From Spirochaetia bacterium (GTDB lineage Bacteria; Spirochaetota; Spirochaetia; SZUA-6; Bin103), in NCBI GenBank assembly GCA_965203515.1, contig OZ241907.1, forward strand, positions 2,624,001 through 2,688,000: a stretch of 64,000 bases of DNA, read 5' to 3'. The notes under the pieces were generated by a model. That model was not told the origin of the DNA, did not search any database, and saw only the letters and a program-made list of their open reading frames with translations. A program made the translations under genes and the position numbers. Shown here one piece after another: positions 43,710 to 53,322 of the stretch; positions within the stretch are counted from its first letter, which is position 1; each line of letters starts with the position of its first letter.

Positions 43710-44736
43710 CGCCGTCGGTCCGAGCCGGCGCTACCGGCCGCCCGGTGCGCGCCGATTCGTACAGGGCGTCCATCAACTCGCTCTGGCGGACGCCGTCGAT
43801 GGGGCCGGTGGCCGGCTCCTCCGTTCCCCGGATCGCCGCCAGGAAGTTGAGCGCGGTGGGGGTCGCCTCGCCGGTGCAGCTCAGCTCGTCGATCTCGCCA
43901 TCACCGTCGTAGGCGCGCATCCACGCTCCCGTCCAGCCGTCGATGGAGACGCGGCCGCCGGCGAAGATGAACTCCATGCCGGAGGCGGCCGCCGGGCAGT
44001 TGCCGGAGATGACGATGGTGGCCAGCACGCTCTGGAAGCGGGCGACCAGCGCGGAGTTGATGTCGACCGGCATCCCCTTGCAGTCGACCATCGCGTAGAC
44101 CTCCGTGGGGCTCGACTCCAGCGTCCAGATCAGGCTGTTCAGCAGGTGGGCGCCGGAGTCGTAGGCTTGGCCGCCGCCGGCCAGCGCCGGATCGCGCCGC
44201 CAGGGTTGGGCGCCGGGCCGCCGGGCGCCGGAGGTGAGCTTCATCCACGGCTGCGTCAGGTAGCCGGTGACCATCTCCAGCGGCCCCAGCCGCTCGCTGC
44301 GCACGATGGAGCGGAGCCGCTGAAAGGTCGGCGTGCACGGCGTGTTGTAGCCGATCAGCAGCAGTTTGCCGGCCGCCGCCACGCGGTCGCGGAGCGCGTA
44401 CGCGTCGGCGACCGAGGTGACCATCGGCTTTTCGACCAGCACGTGGCAGCCGGCGGCCAGCGCGCGCGAGGCGTGCTCGCAGTGCATGCTGTGCGGGGTG
44501 GCGATGACGACGCCGTCCAGGTCCGATTCCGCGTACAGCGCCTGCTGATCGGTGAACAGCGCCGGGCGCGGCGCGTCCGGGACGTGGTCGGCGATGAAGC
44601 GCTCCATGATCGCCGTGTCGACGTCGCACATGGCGGCCAGCTCGGCGCCGCCGGCGGCGACCAGGGACTGGGCGTGGCGGCGGGCGATGCCGCCGCAGCC
44701 GATCAGACCGATGCGCAAGGGTGAGTCGGATGTCAT
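43702..44736 (-). CDS. Gfo/Idh/MocA oxidoreductase
   Basis: IGLIGCGGIA, IATPH, VEKP, GGGQAYDSGAH; -10 TACCAT 7 nt before ATG 44736. Confidence 0.92.
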   Translation of the reverse strand: MTSDSPLRIGLIGCGGIARRHAQSLVAAGGAELAAMCDVDTAIMERFIADHVPDAPRPALFTDQQALYAESDLDGVVIATPHSMHCEHASRALAAGCHVLVEKPMVTSVADAYALRDRVAAAGKLLLIGYNTPCTPTFQRLRSIVRSERLGPLEMVTGYLTQPWMKLTSGARRPGAQPWRRDPALAGGGQAYDSGAHLLNSLIWTLESSPTEVYAMVDCKGMPVDINSALVARFQSVLATIVISGNCPAAASGMEFIFAGGRVSIDGWTGAWMRAYDGDGEIDELSCTGEATPTALNFLAAIRGTEEPATGPIDGVRQSELMDALYESARTGRPVAPARTDGDG

Positions 44737-44811
44737 GGACGGCATGGTAGAGGGAGCGGGGCGGGCTGCCCAGTCCGCTGCTGCCGCCGGTTTACGGACG
44801 CTTCGCCGAGT

Positions 44812-45465
44812 TCACGGCAGGCCGAACACGGCGATCAGGTAGTAGCCGGCGATCGCCAGCATGGCGGCGCCGGCGGCGCGGTTGATGACGCTCTTGTGGC
44901 GGCCCAGGAACCGGACGACCGCCCGGCTGAACGCCCCGGACGCCAGCGCCAGGACCAGCAGCGGCGTGCCGATGCCGGCGGCGAAGACCACGAAGTTGAG
45001 CAGGTTCAGCCCGAAGTCGCCCACCGACACCGCGAGCTGCTTGGAGAAGAAGGCGCCGATGAATCCGGGATTGCACGGCAGCACGATGAGTCCGAAGAAG
45101 GCGCCGTAGCCGAATGCGGCCGGCACCGGCTTGGCGTCGGTGGGCGCGCGCACGGCCGGCAGCAGGCGGCTGAAGTCGACGTCCGCGATCAGCAGCGCGC
45201 CGATCACCGCCAGCACCGCGAAGGCGATCGGCGACGCGACCGCGATGACGGCGGTGAGCGACAGCTCCAGGAGCGTGGAGAAGACCAGCCCGATGGCGGC
45301 CATCGTGGCGGTGACGCCGGCGACCACGGCCAGACCCAGCGTCAGCGGCGCGTTGCGCGCGCCTTCCCGGCGTGCGGCCAGGAAGGCGATGAACCCGGGA
45401 TAGAGCGGCAGCACGCAGGCCGCCGTCAGCGGTGTGGCCAGCCCCAGCACGAAGCTGGTGGCCAG
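44812..45465 (-). CDS. ccdA: Cytochrome c biogenesis protein CcdA (DsbD TM domain)
   Basis: CVLPLYPGF and LPCNPG conserved Cys-Pro motifs, about 6 TM helices; start uncertain. Confidence 0.82.
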   Translation of the reverse strand: MATSFVLGLATPLTAACVLPLYPGFIAFLAARREGARNAPLTLGLAVVAGVTATMAAIGLVFSTLLELSLTAVIAVASPIAFAVLAVIGALLIADVDFSRLLPAVRAPTDAKPVPAAFGYGAFFGLIVLPCNPGFIGAFFSKQLAVSVGDFGLNLLNFVVFAAGIGTPLLVLALASGAFSRAVVRFLGRHKSVINRAAGAAMLAIAGYYLIAVFGLP

Positions 45466-45486
45466 GTTACCGAGCGTGGGGAGCCC

Positions 45487-46113
45487 TCACGCCCCGCCGT
45501 CGGTGGCGGGACACGCCGCGATCCGCTCCTGCAGGAAGGCGGGCCGTTTGACGCCCCGTCTCAGCAGCGTCCGTTCGGTCTGCCCGGGACAGATCAGGAT
45601 CACCGGCGCGGACGGCGGGTGGAGCACCGACACGCCGAACTCGTCGCGCAGCGAGCGCGACAACTCGACCGGCGACACGGCGTAGCGCCAGTCGAAGCCG
45701 TGGCGGTCCAGATGGCGGGAGATCTGCGTCTGCGACTCGTTCGGGTCGGTGTTCAGGGCGACCGAGACCACGGAGTCGCCGACTTCGTCGTGCAGGGCGT
45801 CGATCTGCCGCTGCTGGTTGGTGCAGATCGAACACCACACCGCGAACGCCTCCAGCAGAACCGGTTGCTCCGCGAACTGGGCGAGCGTGAACGTCTCGCC
45901 GGTGCGGACGTCGGTCAGCTCGACCCCCAGCCAAGCGACCGCCGGCGCCGCCTCGGCCGGCTGGGCGGTCGCGTCGGCCGACCGGGTCGCGTCGGCCGAC
46001 CGGGTCGCGTCGGCCGACTGGGCGGTCGCGCCGGTCGCGCCGGCCGCCAGGAACAGGCCGGCCATGAGGCCCGCCGCGGCAAGCCGCTCTCCCGACCGCT
46101 TCATCCGTTGCAT
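45487..46113 (-). CDS. Exported thioredoxin-like (TlpA/redoxin) protein
   Basis: GGAGG ribosome-binding site, signal peptide, AVWCSIC CxxC; 18-bp tandem repeats encoding SADATR. Confidence 0.85.
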   Translation of the reverse strand: MQRMKRSGERLAAAGLMAGLFLAAGATGATAQSADATRSADATRSADATAQPAEAAPAVAWLGVELTDVRTGETFTLAQFAEQPVLLEAFAVWCSICTNQQRQIDALHDEVGDSVVSVALNTDPNESQTQISRHLDRHGFDWRYAVSPVELSRSLRDEFGVSVLHPPSAPVILICPGQTERTLLRRGVKRPAFLQERIAACPATDGGA

Positions 46114-46221
46114 GGTTCTGCCTCCATGGTGCTGATCGCCTCGGACACGCCGATCTTACGGTATTTCGCGGCGCTTGAGCAGCGGTCGCCGACCGTTCAT
46201 CCTGTACGCGGAGGAGTGGAG

Positions 46222-46413
46222 ATGGCGGAAATCAAGATCACGATCAGCGACGACGGACCCTACCTCATCAGCGGACCGGTGCCGTTGCTGGACGCACGCG
46301 GCAACCCGGTCGAGGGAGCTTCGGACAAGATGGCGCTCTGCCGCTGCGGCGCGTCGAGCAACAAGCCGTTCTGCGACGGCACCCACCGCGAGATCGGCTT
46401 CACCGGCGCGTAG
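46222..46413 (+). CDS. CDGSH iron-sulfur domain protein
   Basis: GGAG ribosome-binding site; DGPYLI...LCRCGASSNKPFCDGTH. Confidence 0.9.
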   Translation: MAEIKITISDDGPYLISGPVPLLDARGNPVEGASDKMALCRCGASSNKPFCDGTHREIGFTGA

Positions 46414-46448
46414 CCGGCTTACGGGTCGGACACCGGATCGTGGTCGGG

Positions 46449-47696
46449 TCAGCCGCCGGCGCTCGCGTCGGCGCGGCGGCGCTGCTCGGCCGGCTCGGGC
46501 AGGCGCGCGAACGCCACCGCGCCGGCCACTCCCAGCACGCCGGCCGCCAGCGCACTGCCGCCCAGGCTGAGCACGGCCGCCAGCGCGCCGGCGATGGTCG
46601 GCCCCAGCACGCTGCCGGCGTCGCTGATCAGCCGCCACAGGCCCAGGAACGGTCCGGTGCGGCCGGCCGGCGCCAGATCGGCCCCGTAGGTCATGTTGAT
46701 GCCGCTGCCCAGACCGTTGCCGACGGCGCCGATCAGGCCGACCACCAGCAGCGCCGCGAACGACTGCGTCAGCGGCGTTGCCGCCAACCCGACCGCCAGC
46801 AGCAGCGTAGCGGGGGCGGCGGCGTAGCGCCGGCCCAGGCGGTCCATGACCAGCCCCGCCGGCGGGAACATCAGGATCTCCATCCCCGCGGTCAGGCCGG
46901 CCACCAGACCGATCTGCACCACGTTGAGGCCGATGTGGGCGCCCCACAGCGGCACGATCACGCGCCGCGCCGTGCGCAGGACGGCCAGCGCGACCATGGG
47001 CGCGCCGGCCGCGGCCAGGATGCGGCGGTTGCTGCGCAGCTCCTGCCAGATCTCGCCGAGCGCGCCGGAGCGCCGCGCTCCGGCAGCCGCCGGCTCGGTT
47101 CGTTGCGGAGCGAAGGCGGGCATCAGGTACATCGTCAGCACGGCCGCGGCGAGCCCCAGCACGACCGGCGCGACGAAGATCGCCTGCAGACCGAACCGGT
47201 CGCCGATGAAGCCGGCGGCGATCGGTCCGATCAGGGCGCCGATGCGGGTGACGCCGCCGGTGGTGGCCAGCGCCCGGCCGCGCAACCCGGCGGCGGCGGC
47301 CCGGCTCATCCACGTCAGGCGCGCCAGCAGCCACGCCCCGTGGCAGCAGCCGATCCCCAGCAGCAGCGCCGCGAACGCCGGCGCCGCGGCGACCAGCGCG
47401 GCGCCGACGCAGCAGCCGGCCAGCGCCACGCCGGCGGCGACCTGAATGCCCTTTTCGCCCAGCCGCGCGCAGGCAAGGCCGACCGGTACGGCGACGACCA
47501 TGCCGCCCAGGCCGTGCAGGGCGAACGCGGCGCCGGCGCCGGCGAACCCGGCGCCCAGCTCGACCGCCAGCAACGGGATGAACGGGAACATCCCGCTGAC
47601 GCCGACCGATTCCAGCAGGGCCGGCAGGAACACCGGCAGCATCAGCCCGCGCAGGGTGGCGCCGCCGGGGACCGCCTCCCGGCGTGCGCGGCTCAG
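46449..47696 (-). CDS. MFS transporter
   Basis: Motif A variants GFIGDRFG and GLVMDRLGRR; start ATG 47642, or CTG 47696 overlapping the upstream TGA. Confidence 0.88.
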   Translation of the reverse strand: MSRARREAVPGGATLRGLMLPVFLPALLESVGVSGMFPFIPLLAVELGAGFAGAGAAFALHGLGGMVVAVPVGLACARLGEKGIQVAAGVALAGCCVGAALVAAAPAFAALLLGIGCCHGAWLLARLTWMSRAAAAGLRGRALATTGGVTRIGALIGPIAAGFIGDRFGLQAIFVAPVVLGLAAAVLTMYLMPAFAPQRTEPAAAGARRSGALGEIWQELRSNRRILAAAGAPMVALAVLRTARRVIVPLWGAHIGLNVVQIGLVAGLTAGMEILMFPPAGLVMDRLGRRYAAAPATLLLAVGLAATPLTQSFAALLVVGLIGAVGNGLGSGINMTYGADLAPAGRTGPFLGLWRLISDAGSVLGPTIAGALAAVLSLGGSALAAGVLGVAGAVAFARLPEPAEQRRRADASAGG

Positions 47697-49045
47697 CGGA
47701 GGACCTCGTCCGCCTTCATCTGCCTGAGGGCATCCTCCACCGCGGCGGCGGTGTGGTCGATCTGCGCGTCGGCGTGTACGGCGCTGACGATGAACGTACC
47801 GCCCAACGCGTCGACGCCCCGGTTGAGCAGCGCTCGCTTGAACGGCTCCGTGTAGCGCGGCGCGCGCCCCTCGGCGAGCGCCGCCCGCGGCGCCGCGCAG
47901 AGTTCGGGATCGCCCTCCCAGGCGCTGCCGAACACGATCCAGACGATCGACGCGCGCTGGTGGCAGAAGGCGGTCACGCCGGCGGCGGCGATGGCGCCGG
48001 CGATGCCCTGCCGCAGGCGGCGCGCAGCGCGTTCGGCGGCGGCGTTGGCGGCGCCGTCGGCAAGCAGTTGCAGGCAGCGCGTGCCGGCGGCGGCGCTCAG
48101 CGGATTGGCGTTGAAGGTGCCGGGATGGCCGATGCGCCGCCGGGGATCGACGTCGGGAGGGAAGGACAGGACGTTCAGCAGCTCCCGGCGGCCTCCGGTC
48201 GCGCCGCCCGGCAGGCCGCCGGCGAGGATCTTGGCCAGCGAGGTCAGGTCGGGGCGGACGCCGTAGCGCTCCTGCGCGCCACCTTTGGAGACGCGGAAGC
48301 CGGTGACGACCTCGTCGAAGATGAGCAGCACGCCGCGGCGCGCGGTGATCTCACGCAGCCGGTGCAGAACCGCCGGGTCCAGGGCGTAGTAGCCCATCGC
48401 TCCGCCGGTCGGCTCCAGCATCACGGCGGCCACGTCGCCGGCGGCCAGCGTCCGGTCGACGGCCTCCAGGTCGGCGGCCGGCAGCGTGGTCACCGTGGAG
48501 CGGGTCGCCTGGGGGACGCCGGTCGCCGGATAGCGGCCCGAGCCGCCCGCGACATAGTCGTGCCACCCGTGGAAGTGATCGGCGAAGGTGACGATGCGGT
48601 CGCGTCCGGTGCATGCGCGGGCGATGCGGACCGCCATCATCGTCGCCTCGGTGCCGGAGCTGTGGAACCGGATGCGCTCGACCGACGGCAGCAGCGCGCG
48701 CACCGCGCGCGCCCAGGCGATCTCCTGCTCGGTGTTGGCGCCGAGTTGGGTGCCGTGCGGAAGCTGCGCGGCCGCCGCGGCCACCAGCTCCGGGTGGCCG
48801 TGGCCGAGCAGCAGCGCGCCATGACCCATCACGTAGTCGACGTACTCGTGACCGTCGGCGTCCCACTTCACGGCGCCCCGGCCGCGGGTCATGAAGACCG
48901 GAAACGGCAGCACGCGGCGCACCTCGTGAGTGGCGCCGCCCGGAAACAGGTCGAGCGCCTCCCGGTAGAGCGCGGCGGAGCGCGGGTGGCGCGCGACGTA
49001 CTCGCGGGTGATCGAATCGTCAGGGGCGCAGGTCGAGCCGGCCAT
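47693..49045 (-). CDS. Class III aminotransferase (glutamate-1-semialdehyde aminomutase-like)
   Basis: DADGHEYVDY, SSGTEATM, LIFDEVVTGFR, LAKILAGG, GTFNANP. Confidence 0.9.
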   Translation of the reverse strand: MAGSTCAPDDSITREYVARHPRSAALYREALDLFPGGATHEVRRVLPFPVFMTRGRGAVKWDADGHEYVDYVMGHGALLLGHGHPELVAAAAAQLPHGTQLGANTEQEIAWARAVRALLPSVERIRFHSSGTEATMMAVRIARACTGRDRIVTFADHFHGWHDYVAGGSGRYPATGVPQATRSTVTTLPAADLEAVDRTLAAGDVAAVMLEPTGGAMGYYALDPAVLHRLREITARRGVLLIFDEVVTGFRVSKGGAQERYGVRPDLTSLAKILAGGLPGGATGGRRELLNVLSFPPDVDPRRRIGHPGTFNANPLSAAAGTRCLQLLADGAANAAAERAARRLRQGIAGAIAAAGVTAFCHQRASIVWIVFGSAWEGDPELCAAPRAALAEGRAPRYTEPFKRALLNRGVDALGGTFIVSAVHADAQIDHTAAAVEDALRQMKADEVLR

Positions 49046-49103
49046 GCCGCACCGTAGGCGATTCGGCGGCTGCCGGACAAATGCGCGTTGCGCCCGGCGG
49101 CGT

Positions 49104-50663
49104 CTACGCGCGGGCCAGTACGCGGCCGGGCAGGGCGCCGGTCGGCGCGCCGCCGGCGATCACCGGCCGGCCGTTGACCAGCACCCAGCGCATGCCGACC
49201 GCTTCCCGGCGCGGGTCGTCCCAGGTGGAGCGGGCCGCTGCCTCGCCGGCGTCGAACACCGCCAGATCGGCTGCAGCGCCCGCCCGGATCACGCCGCGGT
49301 CGGGAACGCGGAAGCGTTCCGCCGGGAAGCCCGCCATCTTGTAGACCGCCTCCGGCAGGCTCAGCAGCCCGCGGTCGCGGACGAACTCGCCCAGCACGCG
49401 GGCGAAGCAGCCGAAGCTGCGCGGATGCGGATGCGGCACGTCGTAGACGCCGTCGCTCGCCACCATCATGCGCGGATGCGCGGCCGTCGCGGCGATCACG
49501 CGGTCGTGCTCCTCCACCGGCGTCTGCCAGGGATAGACCAGCGTCACGCCGCCCTGCTCTTCCATGATGAAGTCGAAGGCGAACTCGCCGACCGACGTGC
49601 CGGCCGCCGCCGCCAGGGCGTCCATGCGCCGGCCGACGCGGCGGCCGGAGCGGGTGTAGCCGACGATCTGATCGGCGCGGCCCAGAAAGGTGTCGAGCCA
49701 CGCCACGGAGCGGCGGCGCACGCCGTCCTGCCGCAGCCGCTCGACCATGGCCGGCCAGCCGCCGGGATGCAGATCGATCGGCAGCGCCATCTCCAGGTGG
49801 GTCATGCCGGCCGGGTAGAGGTACGACTCGAACGTCAGGTCGACCCCCTCGCGTTCCACCTGCTGCAGGGCCGCGCCCGACTCGGCGTCGACGCGCTCGT
49901 GGCTGACGTGCACGGGACAGCCGGACGCCTTGGCCAGCTCGATCGTCTCCCGCCAGGCGACCGGGCGGCCCAGGTGCGCGTACCGCTGGTGGGCGGCGTA
50001 GATGCCGCCGTGCTCGGCCGTGACGCGGCACAGACGCACCAGTTCATCGAAGCCGGCGTTGGCGCTCGGCTGGTAGTCGAGCCCCAGGCAGAGCGCGCCG
50101 GCGCCGGCGTCGAGCCATGCGCGGGTGCCGTCCTCCATCGCCGCCAGCTCGTCGGACGTCGCGTGGCGGGCCTCCCAGCCCATGGCGCGCAGGCGCACGG
50201 CGCAGTGCGGCACCTGCGGGAAGACGTTCAGCGGCGTGGCGCCGGTGAAACGGTCGAGGTAGGAGTCGATGGTCGGCCACCGCGCCTCGATCCGCGGGCC
50301 GCCGTAGAGCGTGGCGGTATAGTCGAACAGCTCCCGGCCGGCCGGATGGTCGAGCGGCGCCCAGCCAAAGCCGTCGGGGGCCAGCAGGTTGGTGGTGACC
50401 CCCTGCCGGGCGCCGGCCAGCCGGTCGTGTCCGGCGAGCAGCGCCAGCTCGCTGTGCACGTGCACGTCGATGAATCCCGGGGTGACCGTGAGGCCGGCGG
50501 CGTCGATGGTGGTGTCGGCCGCGGCCGCGCCGAGGTCGCCGATGGCGGCGATCACATCTCCCCGCAGGCCGACGTCGGCCCGGTACGCGGGACCGCCGGT
50601 GCCGTCGACGACCGTGCCGCCGGCGATGAGCACGGAGAAGGTGGGCGCGGCGGTCAGCCGCAT
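49104..50663 (-). CDS. N-acyl-D-amino-acid deacylase / amidohydrolase
   Basis: VVDGTG, PGFIDVHVH, ASDG, PHPRSFG.F.RVL, ADLAVFD. Confidence 0.9.
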   Translation of the reverse strand: MRLTAAPTFSVLIAGGTVVDGTGGPAYRADVGLRGDVIAAIGDLGAAAADTTIDAAGLTVTPGFIDVHVHSELALLAGHDRLAGARQGVTTNLLAPDGFGWAPLDHPAGRELFDYTATLYGGPRIEARWPTIDSYLDRFTGATPLNVFPQVPHCAVRLRAMGWEARHATSDELAAMEDGTRAWLDAGAGALCLGLDYQPSANAGFDELVRLCRVTAEHGGIYAAHQRYAHLGRPVAWRETIELAKASGCPVHVSHERVDAESGAALQQVEREGVDLTFESYLYPAGMTHLEMALPIDLHPGGWPAMVERLRQDGVRRRSVAWLDTFLGRADQIVGYTRSGRRVGRRMDALAAAAGTSVGEFAFDFIMEEQGGVTLVYPWQTPVEEHDRVIAATAAHPRMMVASDGVYDVPHPHPRSFGCFARVLGEFVRDRGLLSLPEAVYKMAGFPAERFRVPDRGVIRAGAAADLAVFDAGEAAARSTWDDPRREAVGMRWVLVNGRPVIAGGAPTGALPGRVLARA

Positions 50664-50727
50664 GGATCGTCCTCGATCGGTCTGCCTTCGCTCATGGGTA
50701 CGACTATGAGCGCCGCGCGGGCGGCGT

Positions 50728-51876
50728 TCAACGGGCAGCCGTGCGGACCTCCGACAACGGGATGGCGGTGGCCCGCTCCGCCAGCGGAAACCGTCGATCG
50801 CCGGGGTAGACCACGAACAGGTGGTCGAGTTCCAGGTCGTCCAGAGCCACGTGCATGGACTTCGTCATACGCGGGCTGTCGGTGAGCTTGCACTCGTAGC
50901 CGATGCGCGCGCCGCCATGGAGCGCCAGCACGTCGAGCTCCGCTCCGCCGTGGGTCGCCCAGAACCAGCAGTCGCGCTCGCCGCGGACCGCCGCGATCTC
51001 TTCCACGCACAGACCCTCCCAGGATGCTCCGTAGCAGGGATGGGACTCGACGTCGCGCCGGCGTTCCAGCCCCAGCAGGGCGTGCAGCAGACCGCTGTCC
51101 CGAAAGTAGACCTTGGGCGACTTCACCAGCCGCTTGCCGATGTTCCGAAGCCAGGGATGAAGCTGGCGGATGAGGTACGCTCCCGACAGGAGGTCCAGGT
51201 AGCGTCTGGCCGTGGTGTGCGACAGGCCGAGAGACGAGGCCACCGCGGAGCCGTTCCAGCGCTGCCCGTGGAGGTGGGCTGCCATCGTCAGAAAGCGGCG
51301 CATGGCGTGCGGCGCCAACTCGAAGCCCAATCTGCCCAGGTCCCGCTCGACGAACGTCTGCAGGAAGCTCTGCCGCCACGCAAAGCTGTCCTCGTCGGAC
51401 GCCGCCAGAAACGACGGAGGAAAGCCGCCCCGCAGCCAGAGACGATCCTTTTGGCCGGCGTCGGTCTCGCCGATGCGGAACCCCGACATGGAGACCAGCT
51501 CGACTCTGCCGGCAAGCGTCTCGGAGGCGCCGCGGACGATCTCCGGAGCGGCGCTGCCCAGGAGCAGGAATCGCGCCGGCAGCGGCTGCCGGTCCATCAG
51601 CACCCGTAGCAGCGGCAGCAGGTCGGGACGCAACTGGATCTCGTCGAGGACCACCAGCCCGCGCGCGCGTTCCAAGGTGAGTTTGGGGGCGGTCAGGCTC
51701 GCCACGTCGGCCGGATCCTCGAGGTCGAAGTACTCCGCCCGGCGCCGGCCGGCGATCCGTCGCGCCAGGGTGGTCTTGCCCGACTGGCGAGGTCCCAGCA
51801 GCACCGCCCCGCGGCTGCGGCCCAGCGCCTTCGTGACCCGCGCTTCGATCTCGTCTCGTGCGATGAAGGACGACAT
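50728..51876 (-). CDS. AAA_14 ATPase with DUF4143 domain (second paralogue)
   Basis: GPRQSGKT, LDEIQ, LGSA, LAGR, RGGFP, KSPKVYFRDSGL, WEG, AELD, ECK. Confidence 0.92.
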   Translation of the reverse strand: MSSFIARDEIEARVTKALGRSRGAVLLGPRQSGKTTLARRIAGRRRAEYFDLEDPADVASLTAPKLTLERARGLVVLDEIQLRPDLLPLLRVLMDRQPLPARFLLLGSAAPEIVRGASETLAGRVELVSMSGFRIGETDAGQKDRLWLRGGFPPSFLAASDEDSFAWRQSFLQTFVERDLGRLGFELAPHAMRRFLTMAAHLHGQRWNGSAVASSLGLSHTTARRYLDLLSGAYLIRQLHPWLRNIGKRLVKSPKVYFRDSGLLHALLGLERRRDVESHPCYGASWEGLCVEEIAAVRGERDCWFWATHGGAELDVLALHGGARIGYECKLTDSPRMTKSMHVALDDLELDHLFVVYPGDRRFPLAERATAIPLSEVRTAAR

Positions 51877-51917
51877 CCTTGAATATTGAACATATGATGT
51901 TCAAATTTCAAGGATGT
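51873..51917. promoter_or_regulatory. 45-bp AT-rich inverted repeat overlapping the start codon of the DUF4143 gene
   Basis: ACATCCTTGAATATTGAACAT-atg-ATGTTCAAATTTCAAGGATGT (19/21 paired); core TTGAA-N9-TTCAA. Confidence 0.75.
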
Positions 51918-52043
51918 AGCGTTGCTCTGACGACGTTGGCTGAACTACGCGGCCTCAGGCTATCTTGGGCACGTGGCGACGTGGTTCCGGTTCCGATCGT
52001 CATCGGCGCGAAGGCGCGCTGAGGTGCGTGCCGGGGTGACGGC

Positions 52044-52529
52044 GTGAAGTCGGCGGCGTCGGGACCGTCCGCCAAGGAGTCGGGGACGCAGCGATCGCCC
52101 GGCCGCTGGACGAGCGATATCCCGCGTTACGTGGCCAACGTGCAGCGCGTCGTGGTGGTGATGGTGCTGGTGCTCGTGCTGGTGTTGCTCGCGGTCATGA
52201 TCGTGCGGCTCGGGTGGCTGCTGGCCGTGGAGCTGTTGGGCACGCCGGTCGCCCAACTGACGGCCGATCAGATCCTCGGCCTGTTCAGCTTCGTGCTCCT
52301 GGTGCTGATCGGCGTGGAGCTGGTCGAGGCGGTGCAGCTGTTCCTGTCCGACGCGCACGTGCACGTCGAGTTCCTGATCCTCATCGCGCTGACCGCTATC
52401 TGCCGGAAGATCATCATCCTCGACGTCGCCGCCGCATCGGCGCTCACCCTGGTCGGCCTGGCCTCCCTGGTGGTCACGCTCGCCGGCGCCTACTTCCTGA
52501 TCAAGGGCCGCCGGTCCACGATTCCGTAG
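52044..52529 (+). CDS. Phosphate-starvation-inducible PsiE-family membrane protein
   Basis: LLVLIGVELVE, VHVE, IALTAICRKIIILD. Confidence 0.85.
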   Translation: MKSAASGPSAKESGTQRSPGRWTSDIPRYVANVQRVVVVMVLVLVLVLLAVMIVRLGWLLAVELLGTPVAQLTADQILGLFSFVLLVLIGVELVEAVQLFLSDAHVHVEFLILIALTAICRKIIILDVAAASALTLVGLASLVVTLAGAYFLIKGRRSTIP

Positions 52530-52538
52530 GCAAGCGCC

Positions 52539-53252
52539 GTGTCTCCGCTGCCGCGCGCCATGCTGATCGACCTGGACGACACCCTGCTCGCCTCCAGCGC
52601 GGCGGCCCGGCAAGCGATGGCGGCCGTCGCCGATCGGCTTGCCGCCGATACCGGATTGCCGTCGGCACCCGTGCGCGAGGCGTTGCGGATGGCCGAAACG
52701 TGGTTCTGGTCGGACGAGCGGCGCCGAGCGCACGCGCGCATGGACCAGGCCGGGGCGCGGGCGCGGATCGTCGAGCGCGCGCTGGCCGCGTTGCGGGTGA
52801 CCGCGGCGGTCGACGCGGCGGCGCTGGGGCGGCGGTTCGTAGCCGAACGGTTGCGCGTCCTGGAACCGATAGCGGGCGCGCTGGAGGCGGTCGCCGAGCT
52901 GCGGCGCCGCAACGTCCGGCTGGCGCTGGTCACCAACGGCAGCGCCGCCGCACAGCGCGCCAAGATCGGCCGCCACGCCGTGGACCGCCGGTTCGATGCG
53001 GTGCTGGTGGAAGGCGAGGTCGGCTTCGGCAAGCCCGACCCGCGTATCTTCCGGCTCGCCCTGGAGCGGTTGGGAACGGACGCCGCCGAGGCGTGGATGG
53101 TCGGCGACGACCTTGCCTGGGACATCGCCGGCGCGCAGGCGGCCGGTATCCACGCGGTCTGGGCGCGCGGCCACGCCGCCTCGGGCGCCGCCGGCGACGG
53201 GACGGTGCGGCCCGACCGGACGGTCGACACGATCGCCGAGCTTTTGGCCTGA
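52539..53252 (+). CDS. HAD-family hydrolase
   Basis: DLDDTL, VTNG, KPDPRIF, MVGDDLAWDIAGA. Confidence 0.92.
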   Translation: MSPLPRAMLIDLDDTLLASSAAARQAMAAVADRLAADTGLPSAPVREALRMAETWFWSDERRRAHARMDQAGARARIVERALAALRVTAAVDAAALGRRFVAERLRVLEPIAGALEAVAELRRRNVRLALVTNGSAAAQRAKIGRHAVDRRFDAVLVEGEVGFGKPDPRIFRLALERLGTDAAEAWMVGDDLAWDIAGAQAAGIHAVWARGHAASGAAGDGTVRPDRTVDTIAELLA

Positions 53253-53322
53253 TCGGCGCCGCCTGAGTAGAAGAAAGGGTAGCCGCCGGCGAGGCGTCTT
53301 CGTTATCTTCCCGGCGGGTCCG

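Noticed and set aside
45487..45489. Selenocysteine or recoded TGA at in-frame stops (45487, 62608)
   Set aside because: Not at catalytic Cys positions, no evident SECIS, and TGA is the normal stop throughout the window
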